Part shown: positions 13,661 to 25,496 of the stretch, piece after piece
Layout of the letters: each line of letters opens with the position of its first letter
Position numbering within the stretch: position 1 is the stretch's first letter
NCBI RefSeq assembly: GCF_035084215.1
Contig: NC_090361.1
Coordinates: forward strand, 1,426,001 to 1,490,000
Source: Heptranchias perlo
Taxonomy: Eukaryota
Length of the DNA stretch: 64,000 bases
Direction: 5' to 3'
The notes under the pieces: generated by a model
What the model was told of the DNA's origin: nothing
Databases searched by the model: none
The model's input: only the letters and a program-made list of their open reading frames with translations
Position numbers and translations under genes: made by a program

Positions 13661-14520
13661 ACAGTGCGGCGCTCCCTCAGTACTGACCCTCCGACAGTGC
13701 AGCGCTCCCTCAGTACTGACCCTCCGACAGTGCGGCGCTCCCTCAGTACTGACCCTCCGACAGTGCAGCGCTCCCTCAGTACTGACCCTCCGACAGGGCG
13801 GCGCTCCCTCAGTACTGACCCTCCGACAGGGCGGCGCTCCCTCAGTACTGAATCTCCGACAGGGCGGCGCTCCCTCAGTACTGACCCTCCGACAGGGCGG
13901 CGCTCCCTCAGTACTGACCCTCCGACAGGGCGGCGCTCCCTCAGTACTGACCCTCCGACAGGGCGGCGCTCCCTCAGTACTGACCCTCCGACAGGGCGGC
14001 GCTCCCTCAGTACTGACCCTCCGACAGGGCGGCGCTCCCTCAGCACTGACCCTCCCCCCCCTCAGTGCTGACCCCCTCAGTGCTGACCCTCCCCTCCCTC
14101 AGCGCTGACCCCCCCAGTGCTGACCCTCCCCTCCCTCAGTGCTGACCCCCTCAGTGCTGACCCTCCCCCCCCCTCAGCGCTGACCCCCCCCCCCCCCCCT
14201 CAGCGCTGACCTACCCCCCCCCCCCCCCCCTCTCAGCGCTGACCCCCCCCCCCTCAGCGCTGACCCCCCCCCCCCCTCAGCGCTGACCCCCCCCCCCCCC
14301 CTCAGCGCTGACCCCCCCCCCCCCCTCAGCGCTGACCCCCCCCCCCCCCCTCAGCGCTGACCCCCCCCCCCCCCCCTCAGCGCTGACCCCCCCCCCCCTC
14401 AGCGCTGACCCCCCCCCCCCTCAGCGCTGACCCCCCCCCCCTCAGCGCTGACCCCCCCCCCCCGCGCTGCAGCGCTGACCCCCCCTCAGCGCTGACCCTC
14501 CCCTCCCAGTGCTGACCCTC
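13652..14520. repeat. 33-bp SINE-derived minisatellite (about 12 copies, to ~14045) decaying into a ctcagcgctgac-poly(C) array
   Basis: Unit ctcagtactgaccctccgacagggcggcgctcc; 11-aa periodicity in the ORF track. Confidence 0.95.
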
Positions 14521-14539
14521 GAGTGGGCATTGAATCCAC

Positions 14540-15050
14540 TCCCTTCAGCCGCTCGATGCTGCCACGGGGTGGAGGCCGGGCTGGGGCGGTGATGGACGGG
14601 TGGGATTTGAAGGGCCGAGTGGCCTTCGCTGGCACTCGCACCAAGAGGCGTGAGGACGGAGTGTTCTCCGCCCTGGGCCCAGACAGGCGGTGGCCCGAGG
14701 CCCGAGGCCCCGGGCCTGGGTGTTGACACTGTCCCTGTCCCGCTCCCGCCCCCTGGTTCAGCCGCAGGGCCCGTCACCCCGGGCAACGCCCCGCCCCGAT
14801 GCCACGTGACCCTAACCGGGCCCAATCAGGTTCTAGGGGGCGGGGCTGCAGCGTGATCATGTGACTGCGGGGCTGTCATGGTGACGCCATAAGGGCGCGC
14901 CGCTGGTCGGCTCCTGCTCGTCACGTGGTGTTTTGTGATGTAGTGAGAGCGCGCCGCAGGTAGGCGGAGCCGGGAGCGGGTGAGCGCCTGAGGAGGCGGA
15001 AAGAGCCCGGGCCCGGGTAACAGGGAGTGGGCCCGAGGGGAGGAGGGTCT
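14540..15050 (+). promoter_or_regulatory. FBXW9: CpG-island promoter and probable non-coding first exon of FBXW9
   Basis: CpG-dense. CCAAT 14822-14826, GC box ~14837-14845, E-boxes at 14802, 14857 and 14920, X-box-like GTCACCccgGGCAAC 14773-14787. Candidate donors after 14959, 14979 and 15016. Confidence 0.7.
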
Positions 15051-15059
15051 GAGCTCAAT

Positions 15060-15695
15060 GGGGGAGGGTCAGGGGAGGTGATGAGGTCAATGGGGGGGTC
15101 ACACGGGTGGTGAGGTCACGAGGGGGTTGGGGGTCACGGAGTGGTGAGGTCAATGGGGGAGGGGGTTGGGAGGTCAATGGGGGTGGGGGTCACAGGGGGT
15201 AGTGGGGTTCACAGGGGGTGGTGAGGTCAATGGGGGAGGGGGTTGGGGGGTCAATGGGGGAGGGGGTTGGGGGTCAATGGGGGAGGGGGTTGGGGGGTCA
15301 ATGGGGAGGGGGTTGGGGGGTCAATGGGGGAGGGGGTTGGGGGGTCAATGGGGGAGGGGGTTGGGGGGTCAATGGGGGAGGGGGTTGGGGGTCAATGGGG
15401 GAGGGGGTTGGGGGGTCAATGGGGGAGGGGGTCAATGGGGGAGGGGGTTGGGGGGTCAATGGGGGAGGGGGTTGGGGGTCAATGGGGGAGGGGGTTGGGG
15501 GTCAATGGGGGAGGGGGTTGGGGGGTCAATGGGGGAGGGGGTTGGGGGGTCAATGGGGGAGGGGGGTTGGGGGTGGTGAGGTCAGTGGGGGAGGGGGGGG
15601 GTGGTCACAGGGGGTAGTGGGGGAGGGGGTTGGGTTCACAGGGGGTGGTGAGGTCAGAGGGGGTTGGGGGTCACAGGGGGTGGTGAGGTCACTGG
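15060..15695. repeat. G-rich 24-25 bp minisatellite in FBXW9 intron 1
   Basis: Unit gtcaatgggggagggggttggggg. Confidence 0.9.
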
Positions 15696-16779
15696 GGGAG
15701 GATGCAGAGATCCCTGTTTTCTTTAACCTGGTGGTTTTGTTCTCAGTCCTAGTGCTCTGAAATCTGAGACAAAACCTCAGCACAAAGTCCTTCCTCTCGC
15801 TCAGGCGATCGATTCTCACTGCAGGACAGGCTGTTGTGACGGTGATTTCAGTCCAGCTGATGAAATGCATTGTGCCATCAAGTGACTTGGGAGCAGATTT
15901 TCCATCAATGTTCTTTGGCTGAAGACATTTCCTGAAATGTAAGTCTTGTATTTAATTTCCTTTCTACATTTCAGTAGTTTGAAAGGCTGCTTATTTAGTG
16001 TAAAGTACAATCCCCATGACTTGTACTTCAATTACCCACCGCCCAGATAATCACCAGTGTTTCACAGATACAACTTTACACAAGATGTTGAAAAAGAATG
16101 AGACTGGATTCGTGCCTTTCACAACCTCACGATGCTTTACAGCCAATGAAATTCTTGGTGTAGTCACTGCAGTAATAGAGAGATGCAGGCGCCAATTTGC
16201 GCACAGCAAGATCCACAGACGGTCTCCTTTGTCCTTTATATTCTACTTGTCTTTTTTTCCCATGCCGAGCGATTGTTGTACCTTGTGGGTAACACGAACC
16301 TCAGGCATTGTCACCGACCCGCCCGTTCCGTTACCCACTGCAAAGGGTCTTCACTGATTCTCGTTAATGAAGGTTCCAGTTTATATTATCAATTGATTGA
16401 CGTTAAAGCAATTTCTGTCTGTTCCCTCCACAACCCCCCCCCCACCCCCCAAAAAGAATTTTATTATATATTTCTGAATTATGCCCTGCTTTTTTGGTAA
16501 GAATCAGACAGGTTTAATATGTTGTGGGATGAGCATTCCCATTCTGGGACCAGAGCCACACTTCTGCCAGGACACCTGAGACCCCAGGACAGATCCTGAT
16601 CCCAATAACGGGCGTCGGAGCAGGTCCCGGCCCCAGCAACGGGTGTCGGAGCAGGTCCATCAGTCTTTGTGAATCCCTGCAAGCACCTCTGGCTCTTGAT
16701 GTGCTGATTGGCTGAAGCAGAGTGAATTTCTCTCCTTTTCCCCCCCCCACCCCCACGATGATGCCTCGATGATGACCGC

Positions 16780-17140
16780 GTACTGAGCCACACACCAGGG
16801 AGGTCGGAACATCAATCATGGTCTGTACTGAGTGAGCTGATCTGAGGCAGCAGTTTGGGTCCTACAACTGATCTCTGCTCCTGGTTAGAGAGGGGAAAGT
16901 TCAGCCAGTGCCCCTGCCTCTGCTCCTTCTCCAGTGACCCTGGTGTGTGTGTGTGTGTGTGTGAGAGAACATTGGGGTGAGGACAGGATTGGGCTCAGCT
17001 GTGATGCCTCCCAAGTCCAATAACTGCTGTACCATGTTGTCCAGGTTCAGACTGGAGCAGGTACTGTTAGACACCTAGAACAGTACCCAGCGAGGACCAT
17101 CATCTTCAGGAGAAGTGGGGAGGGAGGAATTGGAGATAAA
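16780..17140 (+). mobile_element. Old tRNA-derived SINE (AmnSINE2-like); related diverged copies at ~2895-3000(-), 5690-5770(-), 9070-9190, 13210-13400, 21170-21300, 23620-23870, 25050-25330, 26460-26590, 46720-46850, 57940-58070(-), 58760-58900
   Basis: Shared motifs ggtctgtgctgagttagctgatc, gtgaggacaggatcgggctc-gctgtgatgcc and agtcagtgccttcaggagagg recur across the copies. The family name is from recall of the consensus. Confidence 0.55.
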
Positions 17141-17669
17141 ATACAGGGTTAAAAAAACAGACCAATTTTCAAATTCAGACCCAAATACTCATTAATGTTT
17201 CGACCTTTATCGGGACAGCACCCTGTGAAGAGGTTTGAGGTGCAGCCACTCCCCAGTGACGCACACTCCCTTTCACTGGGCTTCCTATCCTCAGCCACAC
17301 GTTTGCAGAGTCCAATGAGACACTGGGTGTCTGTGCTTTGACAGTTTAAAAAGATCCCCACTAACCGAATCTCTGCGATCCATTGGACAGGATTCCACGA
17401 AATCACAGCCGTTGTTTTGCATTAGCAAAAGTTATTTGGTAGGATTTAAAAAGAAAATGCCTTGTCTATGATGGACTAGCTCTGAGTGTCCAGCCTCGCC
17501 CAGTATATGGGAGCCAGGCAGCTACCTGTCCGTTCTCTGCCATCGGACACTTGCTGTGAGTGGATTGGAAGTGCAAGGCCCCTTTCTGTCTGCCCAGTTT
17601 GTACAGTTTATGTATTTGGTTTGTTTCCGGCAGCTCCTGTTCCTCTGAGACTGGGACAGTAACAGCAGG

Positions 17670-20600
17670 ATGGCGAGTGAGCAGAGCGATGACTCCAGTC
17701 TGCACCTGCCCCAGTCTGAGGGCCAGTTGGACCTGGAGCACGAGAAAGACCTGGAGGTCCAAGCCCAGGAGTACGTGGATCGCGTGTGGAACCCCGAGAC
17801 GTCTGGCCCCCGGCCTCAAAGCTGCCCCCTGGAGCCATGCAGTGAGCAGCAGCTGAGGAGCAGCAAATCGAGCGGCTCTGACCTGAGTGTGAAGCTGCGG
17901 ACCAGCCAGGTTCTGCCCGGTGAGAGTGCCCAGTCGGGGCTGCTTTCCCTTCCGTGGGAGCTGGTCCTCGAGATCTGTTCCTATCTGGACGCCAGGTTTG
18001 TGCTTGGAGTTCTCCCATTAGTTTGCCGAACGTTCCAAAGTGTCCTGACTGATGAGGTGACCTGGAGAATCCGGGCCCAGAAGATCCTCGGGATGAGTTA
18101 CCCGGTGCTGGAAGGTGGGTTTCTGCTTTTCTTTCACTCGCCCTGAATCCACTGTCCGCCACAGGCACCTCTGACCAGGGAATGGCGCCCCCCCTCCCCC
18201 GGGGTGGGGGCGCGGGGTGGGGGGCGCCCCCCCTCCCCCGGGGTGGGGGCGCGGGGTGGGGGGCGCCCCCCCTCCCCCGGGGTGGGGGCGCGGGGTGGGG
18301 GGCGCCCCCCCTCCCCCGGGGTGGGGGCGCGGGGTGGGGGGCGCCCCCCCTCCCCCGGGGTGGGGGCGCGGGGTGGGGGGCGCCCCCCCTCCCCCGGGGT
18401 GGGGGGCGCCCCCCCTCCCCCGGGGTGGGGGGCGCCCCCCCTCCCCCGGGGTGGGGGGCGCCCCCCCTCCCCCGGGGTGGGGGGCGCGGGGTGGGGGGCG
18501 CCCCCCCTCCCCCGGGGTGGGGGCGCGGGGTGGGGGGCGCCCCCCCTCCCCCGGGGTGGGGGCGCGGAGTGGGGGGCGCCCCCCCTCCCCGGGTCTGTGT
18601 TTAATCTTGTTCCTCTTTTAATAGGGAAGGATTTTGATTGGCCAACTGCCTGTATTGAGCTTGAGGAGCATCTCTCCCATTGGTCGAGCGATGACCCGAG
18701 GGCGGAGCATTTCTCCCTGAGTGACGGGCACTTTGCCTCCGTCGACTCCGTGCTGTTGGTTCAGGTAAAGTCACACAGCGAACACGCTCCACCTGGTCTC
18801 GGTCTGAGTCTGAGCAGCCGGGGGAGGGGAGGTCGGTCTGTCTGTCTGGGTCCGAGCAACCGGGGGAGGGGAGGTCGGTCTGTCTGTCTGGGTCTGAGCA
18901 GCCGGGGGAGGGGAGGTCGGTCTGTCTGTCTGGGTCTGAGCAGCCGGGGGAGGGGAGGTCGGTCTGTCTGTCTGGGTCCGAGCAGCCGGGGGAGGGGAGG
19001 TCGGTCTGTCTGTCTGGGTCTGAGCAGCCGGGGGAGGGGAGGTCTATTTGTTTGTCTGGGTCTGAGCAGCCGGGGGAGGGGAGGTCGGTCTGTCTGTCTG
19101 GGTCTGAGCAGCCGGGGGAGGGGAGGTCGGTCTGTCTGTCTGGGTCTGAGCAGCCGGGGGAGGGGAGGTCGGTGTGTCTGTCTGGGTCTGAGCAGCCGGG
19201 GGAGGGGAGGTCTGTCTGTCTGTGTCTGAGCAGCCGGGGGAGGGGAGGTCGGTCTGTCTGTGTCTGAGCAGCCGGGGGAGGGGAGGTCTGTCTGTCTGTG
19301 TCTGAGCAGCCGGGGGAGGGGAGGTCGGTCTGTCTGTGTCTGAGCAGCTGGGGGAGGGGGGGGGGGTGGTGGAGATCTGTCTGTGTCTGAGCTGCCGGGG
19401 TGGGGTGCAGTGGGGGAGGATCTGTCTCTGTCTCTGTCTCTGTCTCTGTGTCTGTGTCTGAGCTGCTGAGGGGGTCTGTGCGGGCACAGAGCAGGTCCCT
19501 GCTGCCTGGTGAGATGTATAACAGTCCCTGCTACTTGTTGTTCAGAATGCTTCGCTGTGCATCTCAGGATCCAGGGATCGGAACGTCAACATCTGGGACC
19601 TGAGGCGTTTGGGTCAGGTCAGGGAGAAGGTGCTGGTGAAGACTCTGGGAGATCACCCACGGGGAACCCACAGGGTACGGGCAGCAGCTGCTACAATCAG
19701 AGTGTGGAGATATTTCTATAATGTGGATATGTTCTATACAACTTGTGGAATAATATATAATGTGTATAGATTCTACAGCATGTGCCTGGAAATTGCTGAC
19801 AGTCACCTTATAAACCCTAGTGCCCTCCCCTCGAACAGACTGCCCAAACACTCTGTCCAGGTTCACAGGCAAAGAGTGGCTGCAGGGTGAGCTTCTGGAA
19901 GGTTGAGGTGGAACGGTTGCTCGATTAATGTAAACCTGTCCCAGCTTCTCCTCGTCTGCCAGGGAGCCGCGTGTGAGCTAAGACACGGGGCAACTAACGG
20001 TGTCGCGACTGAGATTGTTGTGGCCCCCCCCCCTGCCCCACTAATGGGTATTTACTTTCTGTTCCAAATTCCACCCCACTCCTGGCCGTTACTTTGAAGA
20101 AGAGCAGGGGGAGTTCTCCCTGGGGCCAATATTTATCCCTCAACCAACATCACTAAAACAGATTATTTGGTGATTATCATATTGCTGTTTGTGGGATCTT
20201 GCTGTGCTCAAATTGGCTGCCGCGTTTCCTACATTACAACAGTGACTACACTTCAAAAAGTTCTTCCATTGGCTGTAAAGCGCTTTGGGACGTCCTGAGG
20301 TGGTGAAAGGCACAATATAAATGCAGGTCTTTTTCGGAGTGTACTGTTGTGAGGCTCTCCTGCCTTTTCCTTTTTGCTGACGCCCTCTCTCCACTCCTGT
20401 TGCAGGGCTGGGTGTGGGCTCTTGCTGCCCAGGAGAACATGCTGTGCTCTGGATCGTGGGACAGCAGTATCAAACTCTGGGACTTGGCTTCCGACGGGGC
20501 AGCAGTCCGAGAGATCAGGTAGCGGCTGGCTCTCTGTGCCAGCAGTGTTAGCGATGCAGCGTCTGGTGCAGGTGGTGGGAGGGTTGTGCCTGGGACCCTG

Positions 20601-23600
20601 CTCGGAGAGTCTAATGACCCCAGTGGCGGTCTCCCCGTGCCATTGGCTGGTGTTCCCTTCTCACTTGCATCTGAGGGCTGCCAGGCCTTTAATTTACCCG
20701 GGTTCCCGGAAGCAAGGCACCAGATTGGGAGCCTAGTCGGGTAGAAGCCCCCTATGTGCTAACAGTTCATCGCCAAAATAACCAGTGACAGAGGCTCGAA
20801 TCTCTCGGGGGCCCTTGACCACAGTCCCGACTGGAACCTGAGAGTCTCCGGTCCACTGGTCTGGATTACAGTCCAGTCTCATCACGGTAGATGGACTGAG
20901 AGCTTGAACGGAATAAACTAGAAGTGGTCCAGAGACCCATCAGACTGCACTGGTGTGGAGGCTGTTAGGAGTTGGTCAGCCTGCAGTGGTAACTGCGCAG
21001 GTAGGGCACTCGCTGAGTGTTTGTACTGTGTGTTCCCCAACCTGCAGAATATACTGGGAAACTGGAATTTGAGGGGCCCAACACTGAACGCCCATCAGTT
21101 CAGGAGCTGCGGCTCCTTACAGAGAGTTGGGCTGCAGTACGGGTGACTTTGGCCGCACTGCTCTTGGGTTAGGAGGGGTTAATCATCCAGGGACCCTGCT
21201 TGTGATCTCCGGTCTTGCTGCAAAGTGCCTGTGTGTGGATATTAAGTGACGACGGGGTTGGACTCAACTGTGACGCCCCCAAAGTCAAATAGCCTTCGTT
21301 AAGGCAACAAAGAACCGACCCCCAGCCAGTGGATGCCCCGGGAGGGGAGGGGAATAGGTGGCAGGCTGCTCTCTGTGCCGGGAGGGGGGTGGGGGTAATG
21401 GCAGCCAGTTTAATCGGTACCAGCATGGTGACTGAAGGTTTTATTTCTGCAGAGGGAAGGCGGCAGTGTTGTGCCTGGTGTATCTCCCTGATGTCTTGGT
21501 GACTGGATCGTACGATAAAACTGTCACCATGTACGACCCACGAGGTTAGGCAGCTCCTTCCTGTTCTTTCTGTTGGGGGGGTGGTGGAGAGGAGTCTGGT
21601 CACAGTCGAATCTGGTCAGCGGGTTAATGCACCCCCCGGTACTGACACACTCAGAACAGGGAGAGTCAGTGCCTTCAGGGGCAGAGGGGGGGACTGTACC
21701 CCAGGGAGAGTCAGTGCCTTTAGGGGCAGAGGGGGGGACTGTACCCCAGGGAGAGTCAGTGCCTTCAGGGGAGGAGGGGGGACTGTACCCCAGGGAGAGT
21801 CAGTGCCTTTAGGGGAGGAAGGGGGACTGTACCCCAGGGAGAGTCAGTGCCTTCAGGGGCAGAGGGGGGACTGTACCCCAGGGAGAGTCAGTGCCTTTAG
21901 GGGCAGAGGGGACTGTACCCCTGGGAGAGTCAGTGCCTTCAGGGGAGGAGGGGGGACTGTACCCCAGGGAGAGGGGACTGTACCCCAGGGAGAGGGGACT
22001 GTACCCCAGGGAGAGGGGACTGTACCCCAGGGAGAGTCAGTGCCTTTAGGGGCAGAGGGGACTGTACCCCTGGGAGAGTCAGTGCCTTCAGGGGAGGAGG
22101 GGGGACTGTACCCCAGGGAGAGGGGACTGTACCCCAGGGAGAGGGGACTGTACCCCAGGGAGAGGGGACTGTACCCCAGGGAGAGTCAGTGCCTTCAGGG
22201 GCAGAGGGGACTGTACCCCAGGGAGAGTCAGCGCCTTCAGGGGAGGAGGGGGACTGTACCCCAGGGAGAGTCAGTGCCTTCAGGGGAGGAGGGGGACTGT
22301 ACCCCAGGGAGAGTCAGTGCCTTCAGGGGCGGAGGGGGACTGTACCCCAGGGAGAGGAGACTGTACCTCAGGGAGAGTCAGTGCCTTCAGGGGCGGAGGG
22401 GGACTGTACCTCAGGGAGAGTCAGCACCCTCCGGGGAGGAGGGGGGCTGTCCCCCAGCCACTCCCATCGCTTCCCTTGGGTTGAAGACTGACCGTTGGAA
22501 GCTCCTACAGAGCCCCTGGTGCCAAAAGCTCAGGCAATGGGAGTCGCTCTTTCTGGGAGGCAAAAGATTCCGTGCTCCTATCACTGGTGTGAGCAATGAA
22601 TTATTAAATGAAGTTGATTTTGTTGGTTTATTATCGGTGAATTGGTTAATGTTTAATTCCCTCTCTGACCGGCTCCGTCCCGTGTCCTGCAGTGGGTTAC
22701 CCGGTGTTGTCCAGCCGGAAGATGCACTCCAGTGCCGTGCTCTGCCTCGCGGCTGACCATCGCTTTGTGCTGTCCGGCAGCGAGGACCGGACTTTGGTGG
22801 TGATTGATCGACGAACCAATCACATTCTTCAAAGGCTTCAGGTACGCGGTGACTTATCATCAATCAGATAAAGCAGAGAATTATTAGCAAAGGACGTGAA
22901 GCCCAAAACAGCTCTGGTCCTTTTCACAGACAAGAAGGTGGGGCTAGTCCCTCGACCCCGCGTCCCCACCTTCTCACCGCCTCCCCTCGACCCCCTCCGC
23001 CTCCCCTCGACCCCCTCCGCCGAAGAGGGGTGTAGGGAGGAGGCTTTAAGCCTCTTGTATTGTGCATTTACTGGGCTGTTCTTGACGGCAGCGTTCCTGA
23101 GTCTTTGTCTTTCTCTCAGCTGGACTCCTACCTGTTGACAATGTCATACCTGAATGGAGAGCTGTGGGCTGGGGACAAGTGGGGGCTCGTCCATGTCTTT
23201 GACCAAAAGGATGGCAACTTCCAGCACGTCAAGGTAAGGCTGTGTGCTTGGTGTTGGGGGCAGGCGTGGGAATGTGTTACATAAAATGACCTCCAGGAGC
23301 TGATGGGCAGGTACAGGACAGGTGTGGGGTTTAGAGAGTTGTGGGTGATCTTGCAGGAACTGGTTCTTTATCAGTTACTGGCTGTGTTGCGCTCTAATTA
23401 ATATATTCTCTTGTGCGGTGACCAACTCTTGATTTTTCTCCCTCAGTGTTTCAATGTTGGTCATCGTTCCCAGCTTACTGGAATCAGTCATTCTCTCGGT
23501 ACTCTGTACACATCATCAACAGATAAAACTATCAAGGTAGGTCCCTGGGATTTCAGTGCCCTTCCTGTGGCAGCGATCAGTAATTTGAGACACAGGTGAA

Positions 23601-25496
23601 ATGTTAACTGGCTCCCTCGAGCCTGAAGGTCCCAGGTTTTATCCCTGGCCTGTGCTGATCTGAGTCGGGGCTTTAGATGTCGCACTGCACTGGGGAAGGG
23701 CGGGTCAAATCAGCCTGGGCTCCTGCTCCTGCTCACTCTTGAGTGACCACCCCCTCCTGCTGTGAGGGACAGGATCAGAGGATCAAGCTCGCCAATCGAG
23801 TAGGCAGGTAACATTCACTGGGCCCCCACTAGTGGCAGCCGGAGTCAGTGCCTTCACCAGGGAGAGGAGACAATCCAAGGTGTCTCCTGCTACCTAATGA
23901 ATTAATACTAGGAATAGGAACAGGAAGAGGCCATTCAGCCCCTCGAGCCTGCTCCACTATTCAGTTAGATCGTGGCTGATCTGTATCTTGACTCCATTTA
24001 CCCGCCTTGGTTCTGTAACCCTTTAATGCCCTCACCCAACAAAAATCCATCAATCTCTGACTTGAAAGCTCCAATTGACCCCCTGCTCCCACAGCCCTTT
24101 TGTGGGACAGAGTTCTAGATTTCCACTCCCCTTTGTGTGAAAAAGTGTTTCCTGACATCACCCCTGAACGACCGAGCTCTTCTCCCCACCCTCCCCCACA
24201 CCCCCCACACCTTGTCTGGACTCCCCCCACCAGAGGAAATAGTTTCTCTCTATCTACCCAATGAAATCCTTTAATCATTTTAAACACCTCAATCAGATCA
24301 CCCCTCAACCATCTAAACTTGGGAATATAGGCCGAGTTTGTGGAGCCTGTCCTGGTAATTTGATCCTGTGAGCCCCCTCCCTGAGCCGGGGTGGGTTGTC
24401 CAGGCCGTGTATTAATCAGTGTGTTCACTTTGTTCCCTAGGTTCACGTGCCCACAGAGCCACCACACACAGTTTGCACTTTACCACACGGTGATGTGGTG
24501 AATGGGGTGAGTACCGATCTTTCCCCCCTCAACCGGGTATCGGGGCTCTGCAGGAGGACCCAGGGGCCCAGGTCACTGCCCTCTTCCTGTTTTCCCCCCC
24601 CCCCCCCCGGAACGGGTATCGGGGCTTTGCAGGAAGCAGGGGGAGGAGTTGCCAAACCCTGCAAGATTTGCTGGGGGTGGGGGCAGGATCGTCGGGGGAT
24701 TTAGTACTTTAATAACTGACGTGGGAGTGGCCTGGCCGATGGTGCTGAATCTGAGTGGGAATTAAATCAGAGTCAAACAATCCATGTTTACAGGAGAGGG
24801 GTGCCCTTTGATTTACTGACCCTGGGCCCAATCACTGGGCCCCTCATCCCCAGAGGACGGTGAGATCAGTGACCCAAGACCTTGCTGCCAGTTGAAAATG
24901 TGTCCCTGTGGGCCCCACCCACCAGCTCCTGACCTCCGCAAATAGAGGCACAACCTTCAACTGAGCAACCCAGACAGTGTGATGAGGGTCTTGGGAACGG
25001 ACCCTCGTCTGCCCCCCCACCCCCACCCCCCCCCCCCCCCCCCCCCCATGGGTAAATGAAGTGCCTGGTGTGGTCCTGAGGGGATCCCAAGTTCTGCCCC
25101 TGGTCTGTGCTGAGTTAGCTGATCCCACGGCGGTTGTGACTACAGTTGGCCCCTTGACTGGGGAGGAGAAAATCAGCTGCCCCGATTACTGTCCAGTGAT
25201 CCCTGCCGGAAAATGTGCGGGTTGGATCGGGCTCGGCTGTGATTCCCCCCCAAGGTCAAGCATCCTGCCGGGCTCTCGCATGGAGAATGGTCACTGGGGG
25301 CTGGGGCCTGGGGAGCCCAGGCACTGGAGGGGGTCGATACATGGTCCCCCCTGGGGCTAACGGTGGCCGGTTGTCGTCGTCCCCCGAGGGTAATGGTGGA
25401 CCTTGGTGTTTCCTGCTGCAGATCTGTGTGGAGGGGAATGTGCTGGCAGCAGCTTCTGGATCCATGTCCCTGGAGATCTGGAGGATGACGAAGTGA
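17670..25496 (+). CDS. FBXW9: F-box/WD repeat protein 9, 470 aa: join(17670..18114, 18625..18764, 19546..19674, 20406..20518, 21453..21544, 22693..22841, 23120..23233, 23447..23536, 24441..24506, 25422..25496)
   Basis: Ten GT-AG exons sum to 1413 nt in one frame. F-box [16 protein letters not shown], then [16 protein letters not shown]40 repeats ([63 protein letters not shown]) and C-terminus SLEIWRMTK*. Acceptor upstream of the ATG at ~17633. Confidence 0.96.
18184..18592. repeat. 39-bp GC-rich minisatellite filling most of a FBXW9 intron
   Basis: 13-aa periodicity ([13 protein letters not shown]); unit contains both G and C runs. Confidence 0.92.
18800..19470. repeat. 38-42 bp minisatellite followed by (tctctg)n
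   Basis: Unit gggtctgagcagccgggggaggggaggtcggtctgtctgtct. Confidence 0.92.
20093..20332 (+). mobile_element. SacSINE1-like SINE, 3' half
   Basis: gaagaagagcagggggagttctccc...ctgtttgtgggatcttgctgtg...aaaggcacaatataaatgcag; matches 28930-29165. Confidence 0.85.
21655..22447. repeat. Composite 43-45 bp and 21 bp minisatellite
   Basis: Unit gactgtaccccagggagagtcagtgccttcaggggaggagggg with shorter gactgtaccccagggagaggg variants. Confidence 0.92.
23905..24370 (-). mobile_element. CR1 LINE 3' fragment
   Basis: Minus ORF contains [14 protein letters not shown]...EKLFPLV; CR1 tail at 23910-23960. Confidence 0.8.

Noticed and set aside
16762-16849. Possible C/D box snoRNA (TGCC...ATGATGA...CTGA GGCA) in FBXW9 intron 1
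   Set aside because: The interior matches the head of the old SINE family, the C-box spacing is atypical, and I recognise no rRNA or snRNA antisense element.
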